This document shows, piece after piece, positions 48,330 through 62,158 of a DNA stretch of 64,000 nt. The stretch is from Curvularia clavata (taxonomy: Eukaryota). Location: the NCBI GenBank assembly GCA_023920165.1, contig CP089278.1:930001-994000 (forward strand), written 5' to 3'. Numbering within the stretch: position 1 is the first letter of the stretch; each line of letters begins with the position of its first letter. Position numbers and translations under genes: made by a program. Below the pieces are notes generated by a model, which saw only the letters and a list, made by a program, of their open reading frames with translations, had not been told where the DNA came from and ran no database searches.

Positions 48330-51300
48330 ATGGATACTCAGCGCCCTACAGTACCGTCAGATTTCAAGAAGAGGGACTTGTGGAGGGAAGCAACCAAAAG
48401 ACTGAGTGATGAAGAACAGAAGATCCTTGAAGCTCAAGACGTGGGAGGAGCTAATCTGGCTCAAGCCGCACTTGAAGCAACCAAAACTCAGCAAAGTAAA
48501 TGTAAAGGGAAGCAGTGGTCATTCTCTTTCAAGGGAAAGCAAATCTTTGTACGAGATATTCTGGACAGTATCATAGCCTGGATCGAGAAGTTTAAGGAAA
48601 TTGTGGATTTTGTCGTGTCTATGGATGTTTCTGGCCATGCAGCTCTCCCCTGGGGTTGCGTCAAGTTTTGTTTGGAGGTAGACGCGTCTCCTCATTGCTT
48701 TTTTCTAGAGCACACGGCTAACCGGGCCTCAGATGGCTGGAAAGGACGTCCAGAAATACGGCAGTATGTTGATCGGCATCGAGATTGTGACAAAAGAGAT
48801 CAAATTTTACACGCTTTTTGAGGCAGTCTACCTGACGAAACCATTACAGTCTGCGAACCAACTCGCAGATACACTTGTGGAAACCTATGAGAACCTTTTG
48901 AGATTTCTGGCCAAAGCGTGCAAATACTACAGCACAGGCACCTTTGGTATAAGTCACCCGATTTCTCGCTTTCACTCCATTGCTAACGCCAGGAGTAGCC
49001 CGGGTAATTAAGGCCCCATTCAGCGAAGATGGTGTGGAAATTTTGACGAATAGTATGGAACAATTTCGAAGTCTTATCGAACGGAATGCACGTTTGATAG
49101 ATAGAGAGATTTCCGATCAGGAACAGCGAGATATCGCCGAAGGTAAAACCCTCGCTACGCCTTTTTGCGTACGACTGCTGACATAACCTTGCTGCAGCCA
49201 TCAAAACATGGAATGAACCATTGGAGTCTATGCGTACGCAGGTATCCGAAATCAATAGTCTCATAAAGGAAGTGCATTCCGGTAGGTTCCATATTCAATC
49301 CTCAGACGGAACATCACCCGCTTACGCTGAGCTCAGCGGTGGTCGTGAAGCACTCAGCACCAGAAGATCCCCTGACTACCATTCGGAGCTCATTGAAACT
49401 CCCTCATAAACGCGATATCGACAAGAAATACAGGGAGAACCTCGAAAAGATTTGCAAAGGAACGGCGACTTGGATCCTCGAACGACCAGAGTTTGAGAGC
49501 TGGAGCCGCGGCGAGAAGCCAGTGCTCACCATTCGAGGAAGTCCAGGCTGTGGAAAGTCGTTTTTGTCGACCATGGTGGTAAAGCATTTTCTTGAGAACA
49601 AGGACCAGCACATACCCATCGGGTACTATTATTTTCGCGGTGATGATGAATCTAAACAATCCGTCAACAATGCGCTATGCGCTATGATTTATCAGATTGC
49701 TGATCAGAATCTACGATTTGCGGAGCGCGCGGCTCGAACCTGTTTGGAACTGCAGAATTCACTGGCAGCGACACTTAGCTCCACCTGGTACGACTTCTTC
49801 CATGAGAATTTTGATTCCGATTCCGAAGCCCAGGCGTATCTCGTCTTCGACGGCATCGACGAAGCAGCACAAGACGATATAGAAGAACTGGTCAAGCAAT
49901 TGAACGACTATTTCGCCTCTTGCGCGAACATCAAGGTCCTTCTAGTCGGTCGTCCAGAGACGCAAGCCACTACTTGTTCTCTGGATTGTTTTTCTGCGGG
50001 AAACATCGACGTTTCGAGCACCCTCAACTCTCAAGACATCTCCCTCTATGTTGATCACAGCTACAAAGTATACCTCTCCCATCACAAAGTCAAAGGCCTG
50101 CGCAAAGCCGTCAGCGACTCACTACGAGAAAAGGCGAATGGGATGTTTCTTTGGGTGGATCTCGTGTGTCAAGAGTTGGCCAAAATCAAGATGGTCTCTG
50201 TCCTGAAGCAACACTTGGACAGCATGCCCACTAAACTCTCTGAGCTTTATGAGAGAATCTTTGAACGAATGGCGAAAATGGTACCGAACCCGAAACATGC
50301 AGCGCAGCTACAAGAGCTGTTCTGTTGCCTTTCTGAATCCACAGAACCACCGAGCGTTTTTCATCTCAACAAAATCATCCAATATGTCAGCGACGATCCT
50401 GAGTTCGACGTGGAATCGATGATTGAGAAGTATTGCGCATCCCTTCTCGTTTGTGAGGAAACCGGTAGTCAACTGTTCCGGACAAAGATCAACTCAGAAA
50501 ACAAGCAAAAGGACAACTCCAGCTCGGCTGAAAGTGTCTATAATAGCGGAGAGAGCGCTAACGAGGCAGAAGATGACTGGGATGAGGACTTTCTGGATGA
50601 GGACGCAGCCGACCGACAAGTAGAATTCCGAGAGACTGAAACTAAGGTGAAAGTTCGCCACGCATCAATAAGCGATTTTCTTCATAGCAAGGAGCTGAAG
50701 ACGTCCCCCATCTTGTTGAATCGTGTGGATGCCGCTTTTCACGCGGTCGAACTCAGTTTAAGAATCATTTGCGAAGGTGATTCTCCTGAGCCTACGATTT
50801 CGGAGAGCCTTTGGCTGTATGCCATGACCAACATCTTCGACCAGCTGCACAATCTCGATGAAGGAGCTGTCTCTCCACAACAGACAGAATATGTCATCGA
50901 AAAGTTGTGGCAACTTTTCAACTCAGAACCTCTTGCCCGGTTCATTTCTCGACACCATTCAACACGAACGGGTTACCCTCTTCACAACAGCTTTAGTTTT
51001 GGATTCAACACAGATTTGGATAACACTAACCGCAAAGCTGTTCAAAAATGGGTCAAGAAAGCTAACGAATCCAATATTCACATGAAGCCGGCAACTCGCC
51101 AATGGGTCGAGAGCATCATTCAAACGCCGTTGCAGCTGCTTGCGCCTTTGACGAAGACGTGCATCCGTGAGTGGCTGTGCAGTGATGAAACGCCTGTTAA
51201 ATTGTATTGGAGATTCTGTTTCGCTTGGCTTTGCCTTGTGTCTGTGAGTTAGGAAGAGATGACCTTTGTCGCAGCCACATACTGATCGATTCAAACAGAC

Positions 51301-53125
51301 AGACCTCATCCCGTCATGCAATCCCTTTTCATGGGATTGTGATCTTGATTACCCACTGCTCGGAAGCAGCGATAGATTCAATGCGTTGGCTAACATAATC
51401 GAATCGGAACGCTCTGTAGACGTGCATTGTCGCATTGCCAAAACTGCAGGATTCATCGACGAGGGAAATATTGCCGCAACAGAATGGAACAAAGCGATCG
51501 CGCTTGCCGAAGTCACTGGAAAAAATGATAGATTGAAGGACCTGTATTACCAGTCTATCCAGTCCCTCACAGATATTCGCCTCCTGCAGTGCGAACCTAT
51601 AGTGGTTGAATTGGCCGAGAAATATCTGGCTCTGGATTCCTCCAATGCTAGGATTCGTGCATGCCTAGGGCTAGCCCGCTTGCTACACCTTGGGGACATC
51701 AATGGAGCCATCGACGAATACCGGAGGGCTCTATCACTGGATCCCCGAGATAACTCAATTTTAAAGGCATTGATGGATGTTCTGTGGGACCAACGTGATA
51801 TGAAAGGGATTTTGGAGCTGTTCGAAAACGGAGACAATGACCTCACCAGTTATCGAATTCGTGCTTATACGGAAGAAGACCTCTACCAGGACATTCTGGA
51901 GCTAGCAGCACGAGACTTAGGGAAGATGGATTTTCTGGCCAAGTGTTACGAAACTGCGATCTCTGCCAATTGGGCGGAGCCGCCAATTGGCAAAGAATAT
52001 GATTCACTAGAGGATGACGGTTGGGGAACGTTCGGAGAAACTTTTGGTAACCTAAACCAAAAGGAATTCTACTCAGGGGGTACCGCACTTCTCAAATGCC
52101 GATTAGCTCATCTCCACGGCCGATATCGAGGTGACTCTAGAGCAGCCCTTAATTTGTGGACGGCGGTCTTTCTCGAGCAATCTGAGATATTCGGACTTGA
52201 TGAGTTGAGTAGTGAATATACTACGAGAACCATCCCTATGCTTATGGACACGTTCGCTGAACTGCTTTACGAAGATGCGCTGAAGTCGGACGGCTGCGTG
52301 AACGAAGAATCACTCAGGTTACTGGAGCGGCTGCGTAAGCGGCATGATTGGTTCCGCGAGCAAGATGATTTTGGATCATCTCTCACTAATCAGCGGAACC
52401 TGAACCTGTTCCTGGCCAAACTCTACCGTCAAACAGGACGAGATGCGGAGGCAAAAGAGCTGCTTAGAGAACAGTTTGAGCGAGGCATCGAGCTCCTCAA
52501 CGATCAGATCGATTGGAATGATAATTACGGTTACCATGTTCTCTCCAAGATACTGTTCACCTGCCATCAGAAGGATAATGCCGCAATTGCACAGTCTCTC
52601 CGTCGCTACTATCGGTACCAGCCGGAAGAGTACGAAATCATGGATGGAAATGAAACGAGTTTGAGTACTCCCAACACTTCAGAGGGAGAACAGACGAGCA
52701 CCGAAGAATCACAAGTCCCATCCGAAGATGATAGCAACGACGATAGCGACGACGATAGTGACAGAGAAGAATTTCCTAGAGGGATAGTAGCACCCTATGG
52801 CATGACAGGCTATGAATTCGGATGCTCTATGTCCTACGACTGTCCCGATTCCGCGACTCTGACTAGGAATTCGCCGTTCTTTGTCTGCATGACCTGCGCT
52901 GAGGTCCAGTTCTGCGAAGGCTGCTATGCGACGCACACTTCTAGAATCGATAAAAGCACAGCGTACAAAACAGATGCAGAGGATAAGAAGCGTATCTCAA
53001 TATGCAGCCCACGACATGAACACATCAAAGCCCCAATGGATGATTGGAGGCTAAAAGATGATGTCATGACGATTGCGGGCAAAGAGGTACCAATTGAACA
53101 ATGGCTGGAAACGTTGAAGCTCTAG
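48330..53125 (+). CDS. Fungal NLR: helical NACHT N-terminal domain - NACHT - TPR-like - C-terminal ZZ-like zinc finger
   Basis: DLWREA...HAALPWGCVKF N-terminal domain, Walker A GSPGCGKS, LVFDGIDE, GMFLWV, TPR-like helices and CMTC..QFCEGCY...C...HEH. Introns at 48678-48732, 48947-48998, 49143-49197, 49282-49336 and 51244-51298 keep the frame open. Confidence 0.88.
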
Positions 53126-54028
53126 GCGCCATTTTCACCTTCTTTAAGCCAATTAAAGCACATTGGGTCGCCCTAGCTCCCCGTCATCCTCGTTTCTCTT
53201 CCACTGGCTCCAGCTGCTGCAAAAATATGGGCGGCAACACTGATCATGCCTATAAGGGGAAATGATGAGCGTGGACCATCAAGTGTAGTTAAGGTAGATT
53301 ACAGGTTGATTTCATAGTTCGCCAAATTTCTTGTTGAATCTGCGCCATGCTCCTGCGCGGTCTCTTTTGAGCTCATCCATGTCCAGACTTGAGTCGCCCA
53401 GGACCTTTATCGGACTTTTCCTCGCGGTTCAGACTAGTATCTGATTAAGGCATCTTATCCCATGGCGATCTTCCACCCTGGTCTATGTTCGGCCACTTTA
53501 CTCGGACTTTAAATTTCATGGCGAAAGACATGTAGGATGTCTTGGCTCAACTCCAGTTGAGGCAACATGCATTGAGCAACACGATAGACGGCAAAACCGG
53601 CCAATCGTACTACTGGGAACTGCACAGGTAACCTATGTGCAATTCCAAAGAGTGCCTATAGCACTTTCTTCTAGTCGTATCATTGCTGAGACGTGCATAG
53701 TGCTCTGCTGTCCAAACTACGTGAAGGAAACATACACGGCGCCCTTATCTCGGTCTTAAATAGCATGTAATACGAAAACTCCACTACTGCACTCTAAAAC
53801 TGTTCGCCGCTAGTATAGAATCACATGTACCGAACTACCTCTCCAGAGCCACAACTCCACGCCATCTATCAACTTCAACATCAAATTCCCAACTCTGCAC
53901 TCCAAAATATGCATTAGCTATGCACTCCACGCATCGCTCAAAATCCTCCCAAGTCTCTTCAACCCAAACCTCCCCTGCATTCTACCCTAATACTTCCCAT
54001 ATTACTCCTCTCCCTCTCCCTCTAGCCC

Positions 54029-55069
54029 TTAACCCCCCCTCAACCTCTCCACCCTCCACCTCGCCACCTCACACCTCCATCTCGCCTCCTCATACCTCCG
54101 CGCCGCCTCCTCGTACTCCCTTCTCCTCAAATTAAACTCATGTGTCGCCCTCTGCACCGCTAGCACCCTGGCCTCCATATCCGCCTCTAGATCCCGATCC
54201 ACGCTCATGCGACCCTCTTGCGACTGTGGCTGCGGCTGCTGCTGCTCTAGCTCCGTATCTGGATACGCGACCATAGCTTCAGCCTGCGCAAACTCTTCTT
54301 TCAAGTGGTTGAAGAGGGGCGTGAAACTGCTTTGGACGGGGGGAAGAGACGAACTTGGGGAAGGGGAGGGCGGGTGTGAGGTTTGGAGGGGAGGGAGGTG
54401 CGTGAGACGTTTTTGTGTGTGGGGGGTGGGTGGCGGAGCGATGATGAAGTGGGATGGGGTGGACTGAGGGTTGTCTTCTCCGGTATCTTGGAAGGGTGTG
54501 GGAGTGGTGGCGGTTGGGGTGAGCATGTCGAAGTCGTGGATTGCGAGCGATTGGTCTGGTTGTGCATCGGATCCCGTGCGGTCGGTGGAGTTTGAAGCCA
54601 AATTTGGTGTGTCCCATTTGGTTTGGTCGCGTTCTTTGCTTCCTCGTAGATTGAATGGAAGAGAGGCCTTCTGTGAGGATGAATCGTTTCCTTGATCAAT
54701 TCCAATAACATGTTTTTCTGATGAAGGAACGAAGCTTTGCAGCTGCATTACTCTGTTCATTTTCGCCGCACTCTCACACGCCTTTTCGACATCGCTTACT
54801 TCTAATACTGCAAAGGCACTCTTCTCCTTTCCGCCATAGTTGCCTTCTCTCATGCGCGCTTGATGATAGGTGTTTAGTAGCCTCTGTGCGCGCTCCCGTT
54901 GCCCGACCGTCAGAGCAGAGAGGGAGTGTATGGCAGCTATAAGGGTGGGCGGGAGGCAGGAGAAAGGGATGCCGGCGAGTAGAGAAGAAGGGAGTATCTC
55001 ATTATCAGAGCTAGTACGGGGTATGGACCAGTTTTCCTGGATCGATTGAATGACGTTTGTGGTATCCAT
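54029..55069 (-). CDS. Hypothetical protein (Pro/Ser-rich middle, coiled-coil C-terminus)
   Basis: 346-codon open frame from MDTTNV with no recognisable domain. Confidence 0.55.
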   Translation of the reverse strand: MDTTNVIQSIQENWSIPRTSSDNEILPSSLLAGIPFSCLPPTLIAAIHSLSALTVGQRERAQRLLNTYHQARMREGNYGGKEKSAFAVLEVSDVEKACESAAKMNRVMQLQSFVPSSEKHVIGIDQGNDSSSQKASLPFNLRGSKERDQTKWDTPNLASNSTDRTGSDAQPDQSLAIHDFDMLTPTATTPTPFQDTGEDNPQSTPSHFIIAPPPTPHTQKRLTHLPPLQTSHPPSPSPSSSLPPVQSSFTPLFNHLKEEFAQAEAMVAYPDTELEQQQPQPQSQEGRMSVDRDLEADMEARVLAVQRATHEFNLRRREYEEAARRYEEARWRCEVARWRVERLRGG

Positions 55070-55564
55070 GATGGAATAAAGTGTGGGTTTGAACAACGAG
55101 GGTTGGAAAGTTTTGCAAAGGTGTTGCTGTGCAACAAAGAAACAGCGGTATGAGGTCGTGTGCGAAGCACATGCTTTGTTTCCGTCCGGAGTGGGAGGTG
55201 TTAGAATCTGCTTTGTTTCGACCCCACAGAAACGTCCGGAGGCTATGCTTGATAAAGTCGAATCATTGTGCCAAAAGAACGGGCATGACTAGAATAGTAT
55301 CGCGATCTCTCCAGATCGAAGTCGCGGGACATTAAGAGGGAAGAAATAAAATACGACGAAGACAGCTATGTTAATATTGACGATGTATATTTTATATCAA
55401 AGAAGGCGAAACATTAATAGCTAGCAGATGGAAAGGACACTGTTAATTCTAAAGTAATGGACCTAATTATCAGGTGACCGGAGACACCCCAACGAGGTTG
55501 GGTGATGAAATTGCAGGGTCCAAATATTTAGATCAAGAGGACACGGTGGCACATGAACGCGAGA

Positions 55565-58344
55565 CTAATTAGGCCAGGCAGTCAGCTTCGGAGGGTCATG
55601 CCTGTACCTACAGCGGGCATTTGTACAGCCAGCGGGACTGTTTTGCCACCTGCAAGGTGTATCTGAAACGGGAACAGGGCCTGGTTTGCCAGGCTTGTCA
55701 GTAGTCTTACCAGCGGCCCGGATGAGCTCATCGAGATGATACAGGTTGGAGTGGAATTCAGACTGTGTCTTCTGTGGTTGTGAAGCATATTTTGAACTAT
55801 CGTTTGAAACACAGGGAGCGGTTAGGGGCGGGTCATGGCTCTTGTGATTCTTACCAGCGAGGCGAATAAGGTCATCGAGATGCTGCAGGTTTAGTTGTAG
55901 GTCATATTTTCTCTGTAGTGATGAAGCATATTGTGACCTGTCATTTGAACCGTCGTTCTGTGTAATGAAGAGCGGATCGTGGCTCTTTTTACAAGTCTCA
56001 TCTGTGAACCTACAACCCCCTTTCATGAAGAATGAGCAGGGTGAATGTGCGAACTTGCAGTTGAAGCCCTCGCTGCAAGCATCGTTCAGGTAATTCCTAC
56101 AAGCCTGCTTCTTTGGTTGGACTGACTGGTTCAATCCTTGGCTCAAGTCTGATTGAGCAGCTAGAGGATTGAAGAGACTGCCACCATTCTGTAACTCGGA
56201 AACATGAGCAAACGGGATAGAAGTATCTGCTTTCTCATGCTGGGTTCTGCTGCGGACAAACAAGGCATTTGGTGCTTTGGGCGCAGGTGAATGCGCCCAG
56301 CTGGTCTGCATTGGTGGTTGAGTATCGAGAACCTGGTTCTCTGGAACCATGGAGGTCGCACCTGCTTGCAGGACGTTATTAGTAGCGACCTTTTCTACAA
56401 AAGGGTTCTGACTTGGCAAGGGCTGGAGCTCAGACTCCCCGAGAAAGAAAGGATCGTGACTTCTGTAGCACTTCTCGCCATGGTGACAAACACCACTTAA
56501 CCAGCGACGGCAAGCCTCATGGGGGAAGCGGCATTTCTTGCCGCGTCTACACCTACCCAGCTTGAAGTCACGACAAGCCTCTTTGAAAACCTTATCCTGT
56601 CCTGGATCGGATTGTGGAGCCATTCCATTGGCCACGTTCCTTTCGAATCGGTTAACTTGCCCTGCAAAGAATAAGTTTGGACGCGGAACGCTGCTAACGT
56701 TAGTGTTTATGAACGAGTCAATGTCCATTTCACCGTCATTTGATTTGCCGTCATCGACAACCTCCATGGCTACTGGAATATCCTGATGTACCGCAGGCAT
56801 GGTAAGCTGCTGGTGACCATGTGGCTGACCGTTTGCATGACCACCTGTCAGCTTACTAGGAACGGCGTCCGAAGAAACTAGAATTTCAGGGAAGCCATGA
56901 TTAGTATTCAGATTGCTATTGTCAGGCACACCAATCGACACGTCCATTTGGTCGGTAGCTTGTGCTACCATCCGGGCAGCATTTGCTTCGATGGAAGCAC
57001 TTCTCTCTCGCTCGGCACCCAGAGCAGTATTGAGTCGTTCAATCTCTTTGCTTCTTTGCGCCTCGATGGCAGCATTTCTCTTTTGCTCGGCGCTAAGAGC
57101 AGCGTTGAGTCGATCGATCTCGCTCTTTTGTTCAGTGATTTGCTTGCGATGCTCTTTTTCAAGTTCAGCTGCTGTGGCCCAAGTCTTCTCCTTCAACTTG
57201 TGCTTGGCAGCCTGCTCTGCTGCAGCTAGCTCTAGCGTCTTGACGTGGTCGGTCAACCGTGCCCTGTCTGCCATAGCTTTTTCAAGTTGCTCTTTCAAGA
57301 GGTTAATTTGGCCCATCCGTTGCTCGGCCAGCAAATCGGTTTTGGTTATCCGTTCTTCCAATAGATTTATTTTCTTTTTTTGTTGCTCTTCAGCGCTTGC
57401 TGCTAGCGCTAGACTGGCGCCACTCTGCAATGGGCTCACTTCAGCCTTGCCGGAGCTTCTCTCGGTCTGTTGCTGAAGTTTGTCAATGACAGGCGCTGTC
57501 AGACACGTCGGAGCTTCGACAAAAGGGGGCGGCAGGGTGAGCCACCTCTCCATGTCGGAGATATAGTCCGAAAGGTCGCTGACGAAGTGACTCTGCTTGG
57601 GATTGGCGACAAAGTTCCGCAACAAGGGGAGGCATGCTTTGGGCAATGGCGTATATGGGATAATAGTGCGCCATCTAGGGCTTCCAAGGAGAGTCACGTG
57701 TAGGCTGGCAACACAGTCACGTATAGAGGTTACCAAATCAAGGTCGGCCTGATGGCCACCACTAAGGATATCCTGGATGAGCAGCAGATCCTCTTGGACG
57801 GTGTCGTAGTGTTTGATAAACTCCTTGACAGTTGCAGTTTTGTCCTTTTTGGATCGGAGCGCGATACCTGCCAAACGGGGAATCATGTGACGAGCCGCTG
57901 TGTCTTGTCTAAATGAGCCTTTGGAATGGGCGTGCGCGAACATGCAGGTGAGATCCTGTCGATAGTCTTCTTCGACATGCCAGGGATAGCTGGCCATACC
58001 CGCTTCATGGATGCGCTGCATGTGTGCCCCGAAACACATATGAGCCATGTACTAGATGGTTTTGTTAGGAAAGTAGGGAGCACGATGATACTGCATACCT
58101 TGGGGTTATATTTATCGTCATTGTGGCATATTTTCTTTGAGGGAGCTTGTGTAGAGCTGTCATTGCCGGTCTATACGATATTCTAGTCAGCCAAGAGTCG
58201 GTTAGTGGGATCATGCTAGGGGCAGCGTACTGGACCGGAGTCATCGGCAGTAGCAATTAACTTTCTCTTGGTGCCAGCCATGGAAAGTGCATAGGTTTGG
58301 TACTGATCAACCTTGCCATGGCGCTGAGCCATGAGGAAAGGCAT
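55565..58344 (-). CDS. CCCH zinc-finger protein with coiled coil (putative RNA-binding)
   Basis: Five CCCH-type fingers (e.g. CRDFKLGRCRRGKKCRFPH and CRNYLNDACSEGFNCKFAH). Two upstream exons are joined through introns 58171-58230 and 58052-58098. Confidence 0.8.
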
Positions 58345-59190
58345 AGTAAGCGTCTTGGTATATTTATTGGGGAAAATGGTCCGGTTGGTGATTTGGGAAG
58401 TAGCATGGAGGGGGATGCAAAGTACAAGGACTTGGCTGGTATTTGGGGAGTAGTAACTGCAGATGGCTGAGAGAAAGAGTGACTGGCTTGAGGACAGGCC
58501 TGTGCGGGGGACACTGTGCAAGACGGGAGTCAAAGAATGGTGCATCAAAGACGGAAACAAGGGCTGGGAGAGAAGAAAGAGGCACATTGCCATTGGCTTG
58601 AAGATGCTGGTCAGCACAGTGTTGGCATGCGAAAGCGAAAGCGCAGTCTTCATGGACATGGCAATGCAGAGGAGCAATACGTGAATGAACTGCCGGATAG
58701 CGGGTGCAGGGGGCCATGGTACGCCTATCGACAAAGACGGTCATAAGCTTTGTGGAAGATGCAGACTCTGTAACAATGGGCGGCGCAGCGCACAAGACGT
58801 TCTCTCTTTTTTTTTGGCCGAGTTGTACAGAGTAAGAAGCAGCACAAGCCGGTCCACCCTAGGGCCGTGGCAGCATAGATGGCGACCGTTGGAGAGTCGA
58901 TAGCCGAGTCTGTACGAGCGGGCCGGAGAGACAAAACGGCAAAACCAGCGAGGAGCGGACGCCAGAGAGGGGCGGAGCACGGCGGAAAAGGGGGCGACGG
59001 ATTGTTAGTGGGCGGCGGCGGCACGGGACAAGCAGCTAGCGCCGAGGATGTGGAGAGGTGGGTGGTGCAGAGAACAAGGCGCGTGGAACCGGGATGGGGC
59101 CTCTGTGTCTCAGTAGCTCTCAGGCGGCTGTTATTGTGGCGGTCGTCGTTGTCGAGGCTGTTGTCGTGACATGCTCTGTTCATCGCAAAC

Positions 59191-61522
59191 ATGCGCAATC
59201 CCGTAGCCTGCGTCTCGTGTCGGTCGGCCAAGCAGAAGTGCATCCACGAGGACCGGCCGCCGTGCGACAGGTGCAAGCAGAGTGGGCGCGCCGACGCGTG
59301 CGAGTTTCCCGGTACGTGGTCGTGGTTGGTGGTGAGGGTCGTCGTGGGCGTGGGTTGTCGTGGTGGAGAAAAGCTACTGACCGAGAACAGCGCCCGGAAC
59401 GAGTGCCATCCACCGCAAGCCCAAGCGGCCACGGCATTCTGAAGACGCAGGAGACACGCCGCCGTCCCACACAAATGCACCTCAGAGCACAACGCTCGTA
59501 GCGGCCCAGCAGGGCGGCCGCAATGACGTACCCGTGCCGACCGGCAACAATGCCGCTGCCGCAACACACATCTCGCCGACGGCGGCATCTGCTGCCCAGC
59601 TGCTCGACGGCCTCGATCCCTTTGAGCTGCTGACCGACGAGGTCAAGAACAGCTACCTACGATGCTCCTACAAGTGGAGCTTCCACCATACCCCGACCCT
59701 GCTGCTGCGCATCCGCGACCGCACCCTCGAGCCATGGATGGCCTGGGCGATGCTGGCGCTCGCCATCCGGTACCACTCCTCCCATTCACTCTGACCCGCT
59801 GCGGCTGATGCTCACCTCGTCCAGATTCGTCAAAGACCCTCCGCCCCCCTTCCGCTCCCAGACTGAGGCCAGCAATGCCTATGCCGCCCACGCCCGCCAG
59901 ATCCTGCAGCAAGATCTCGAGACGCCCTCCATCAGCCGTGTCCAGGCCCTTCTCATGCTGACTGGCCATGACTGGGGCGCCGGTAATGGCAGGAGGGCCT
60001 GGATATATCTGGGCATGGCCATACGCCTCGTCGAAGTCATGGACCTCACCCGCGAAACGGGCATTCCCCGCAATCGCGTGCCGACACGCGAGGAGTTCAT
60101 CGAGGCCGAAGTGCGCCGCCGCACTGCCTGGACCTGCTTCCTCATGGACTCGCTGCTGAGTGGCGGCAAGGGCCGTAAAAGGTCCTTGACAGCCGCAGAC
60201 ATGTCTATCCAGTTACCCTGCGAACGTGAAGACTTTGTCTTTGGCGAGCCCAAATGCACTCCCCAGCTGGACAACACGCAGCGCATGCCCCCAGTCGCCC
60301 TACCCATAGGCGAAATCGGCATCATTGGTTACAGCATGCGTGCCGCAAACATCTGGGGCAAGGTTGCCCGCTGGGCATGCAACGAAGACCTCAAGAGCGA
60401 ACTGCCCTGGTCATCGTCCTCTCAGTTCCAGCAGCTCATCTATGAACTTGAAGGCTGGAAGTCCTCCCTGCCCCAGCGCCTCCAGTACGACCTCTTTACC
60501 ATCCACAGCCACAATGCCGTCGAACAAGGACAGGCCTACTGTTACATGCACTGCATCCACTTTATGAGCTACATGTTCCTGCATCGCGCATATTTGCCCG
60601 TGCTCGGCCCCCACCAGAATGGCGCCAGCGCCGAGGAGAAGCACAATTCATATGACGAACATCGCGACATGTGGAAGAAATGGGAGAGGTCTTCCCGTAG
60701 AGAGCTGTTCAAGGATGCTGTCATGGTCCTCGACATGCTTGAGGAGATGCGTACGTTTGGTGTCTATTTCCTTCGCGGACTCGTGCCCTGGGTTGGTTTC
60801 ACTATCTATACTGCCGTCGGCGCCATGCTCTACTCTTTCAACTTTCCCAGTGGTGATGATGACCCGCGCTGGCAGGAGAAGGCTCGAAGGAGCGTTATAC
60901 AGGGCTGTAATTTTCTCAAGGAGATGAAAACACAGTGGCCCATGGCAGAAACTTGGGTAAGTCAAGTCCAATCATGTCCAGTCGACGCCCGCTAACAACA
61001 GACTCTGCAGTTCGATACCATAAGGCGAATGCAAGCTTACTACCGCTCCGTCTTGGGCCAGGACGGGCCAGCTTCTCCAGAAGAGCGTCAAGCTCTCCGT
61101 CACGCTATGATTGACTACGGCGCATTACAGCCGTCGCCGGTCCAGAAGCCAAATGAATCCTCCAGAGTGGCTGAATCTCCCGGGGTCACTTCGAGCCTGT
61201 CACCGACGGACCATCACACCCATGTAGGCTTTGTTGAATCACTGTCTACACATCTGCTAACTCCTCCCAGCGCAAGCCTATCATCGCAAACATCACAAAT
61301 CCCTCGCTCGGCAGCCCAATGCCTGCGACAGCCGCTACTCCCAACAGTTACACACCAAATTTTGCATGGAACACGCCACCAGCAGTTCCACCTCTTGAAG
61401 CCGACGAGACTTTTAACCTCGATTCCTTCGACCTTACAAACGAGGAACTTGAGGCCATGATGATGAATGCTACTCAGGAATTCTGGGCTAGTTTCCCAGG
61501 TGAAGTCGGCGTCGGATACTAA
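59191..61522 (+). CDS. Zn(II)2Cys6 transcription factor with fungal-specific TF domain
   Basis: ACVSCRSAKQKC...PPCDRC...ACEF, then AWIYLGMAIRL...EVRRRTAWTCFLMD. Introns at 59312-59390, 59770-59824, 60957-61010 and 61224-61270. The start may lie further upstream. Confidence 0.92.
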
Positions 61523-62158
61523 CCAATGGATGAGGGCGGCTTTTTTTGGATCATACTAAAAGTTCAAATGTAGCAATATGGGGTGTTTTGGCGTCGGTCT
61601 CGGTTCTTCTCTCAATATATAATGCTCATACTCCATTCTTTGGTACTATATCTTCAATAAGACTGATGTATCGCCACATTCACAATGAACATGCGTATAT
61701 ATTGCATTCTTCATGAAATTGAGTTTGGGTGATTCACACGTATGTGTAACTAGTATTTCCAGCTCTGTACGCCAATTATTCTGTAGGACGTCAGTCGCTC
61801 GCCTTCAACATTGCCGACGTTGAATTAGGTAGTTTGGTTATGTCATGACGCTAGCCTAAAAGGTCACCCGTGCATTAATAGCAGAGCAGTGTGCTTTATC
61901 CCTGCCTGACGCATGAAAGGCCCAATGAAATCGCGTTTCTGTCTCAAACTCCATTCCCTGCGGCAGTATGCATTGATGATGATGCTGTGAATACGACCTT
62001 CCAAACTTCCTCACAGCATGCAATGACCAAAATGCCCAGCAGAGGTAGTCCCTTGGCAGACAACAAGGTACTCGCTCTTGTGAGCGGAAACCGAGATTTC
62101 GGTTCAACTCATCAGACCCTCTGTACAATGCATATTCGTTCTCCACGTCGCCTAGAAG

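Noticed and set aside
53840..54028. Coding-looking stretch downstream of the 54029 stop
   Set aside because: It is not in frame with the upstream ORF, has intervening stops and shows no splice signals.
39305..55400. Second accessory island as a Starship-type giant element
   Set aside because: No tyrosine recombinase captain gene and no identifiable boundary repeats in the window.
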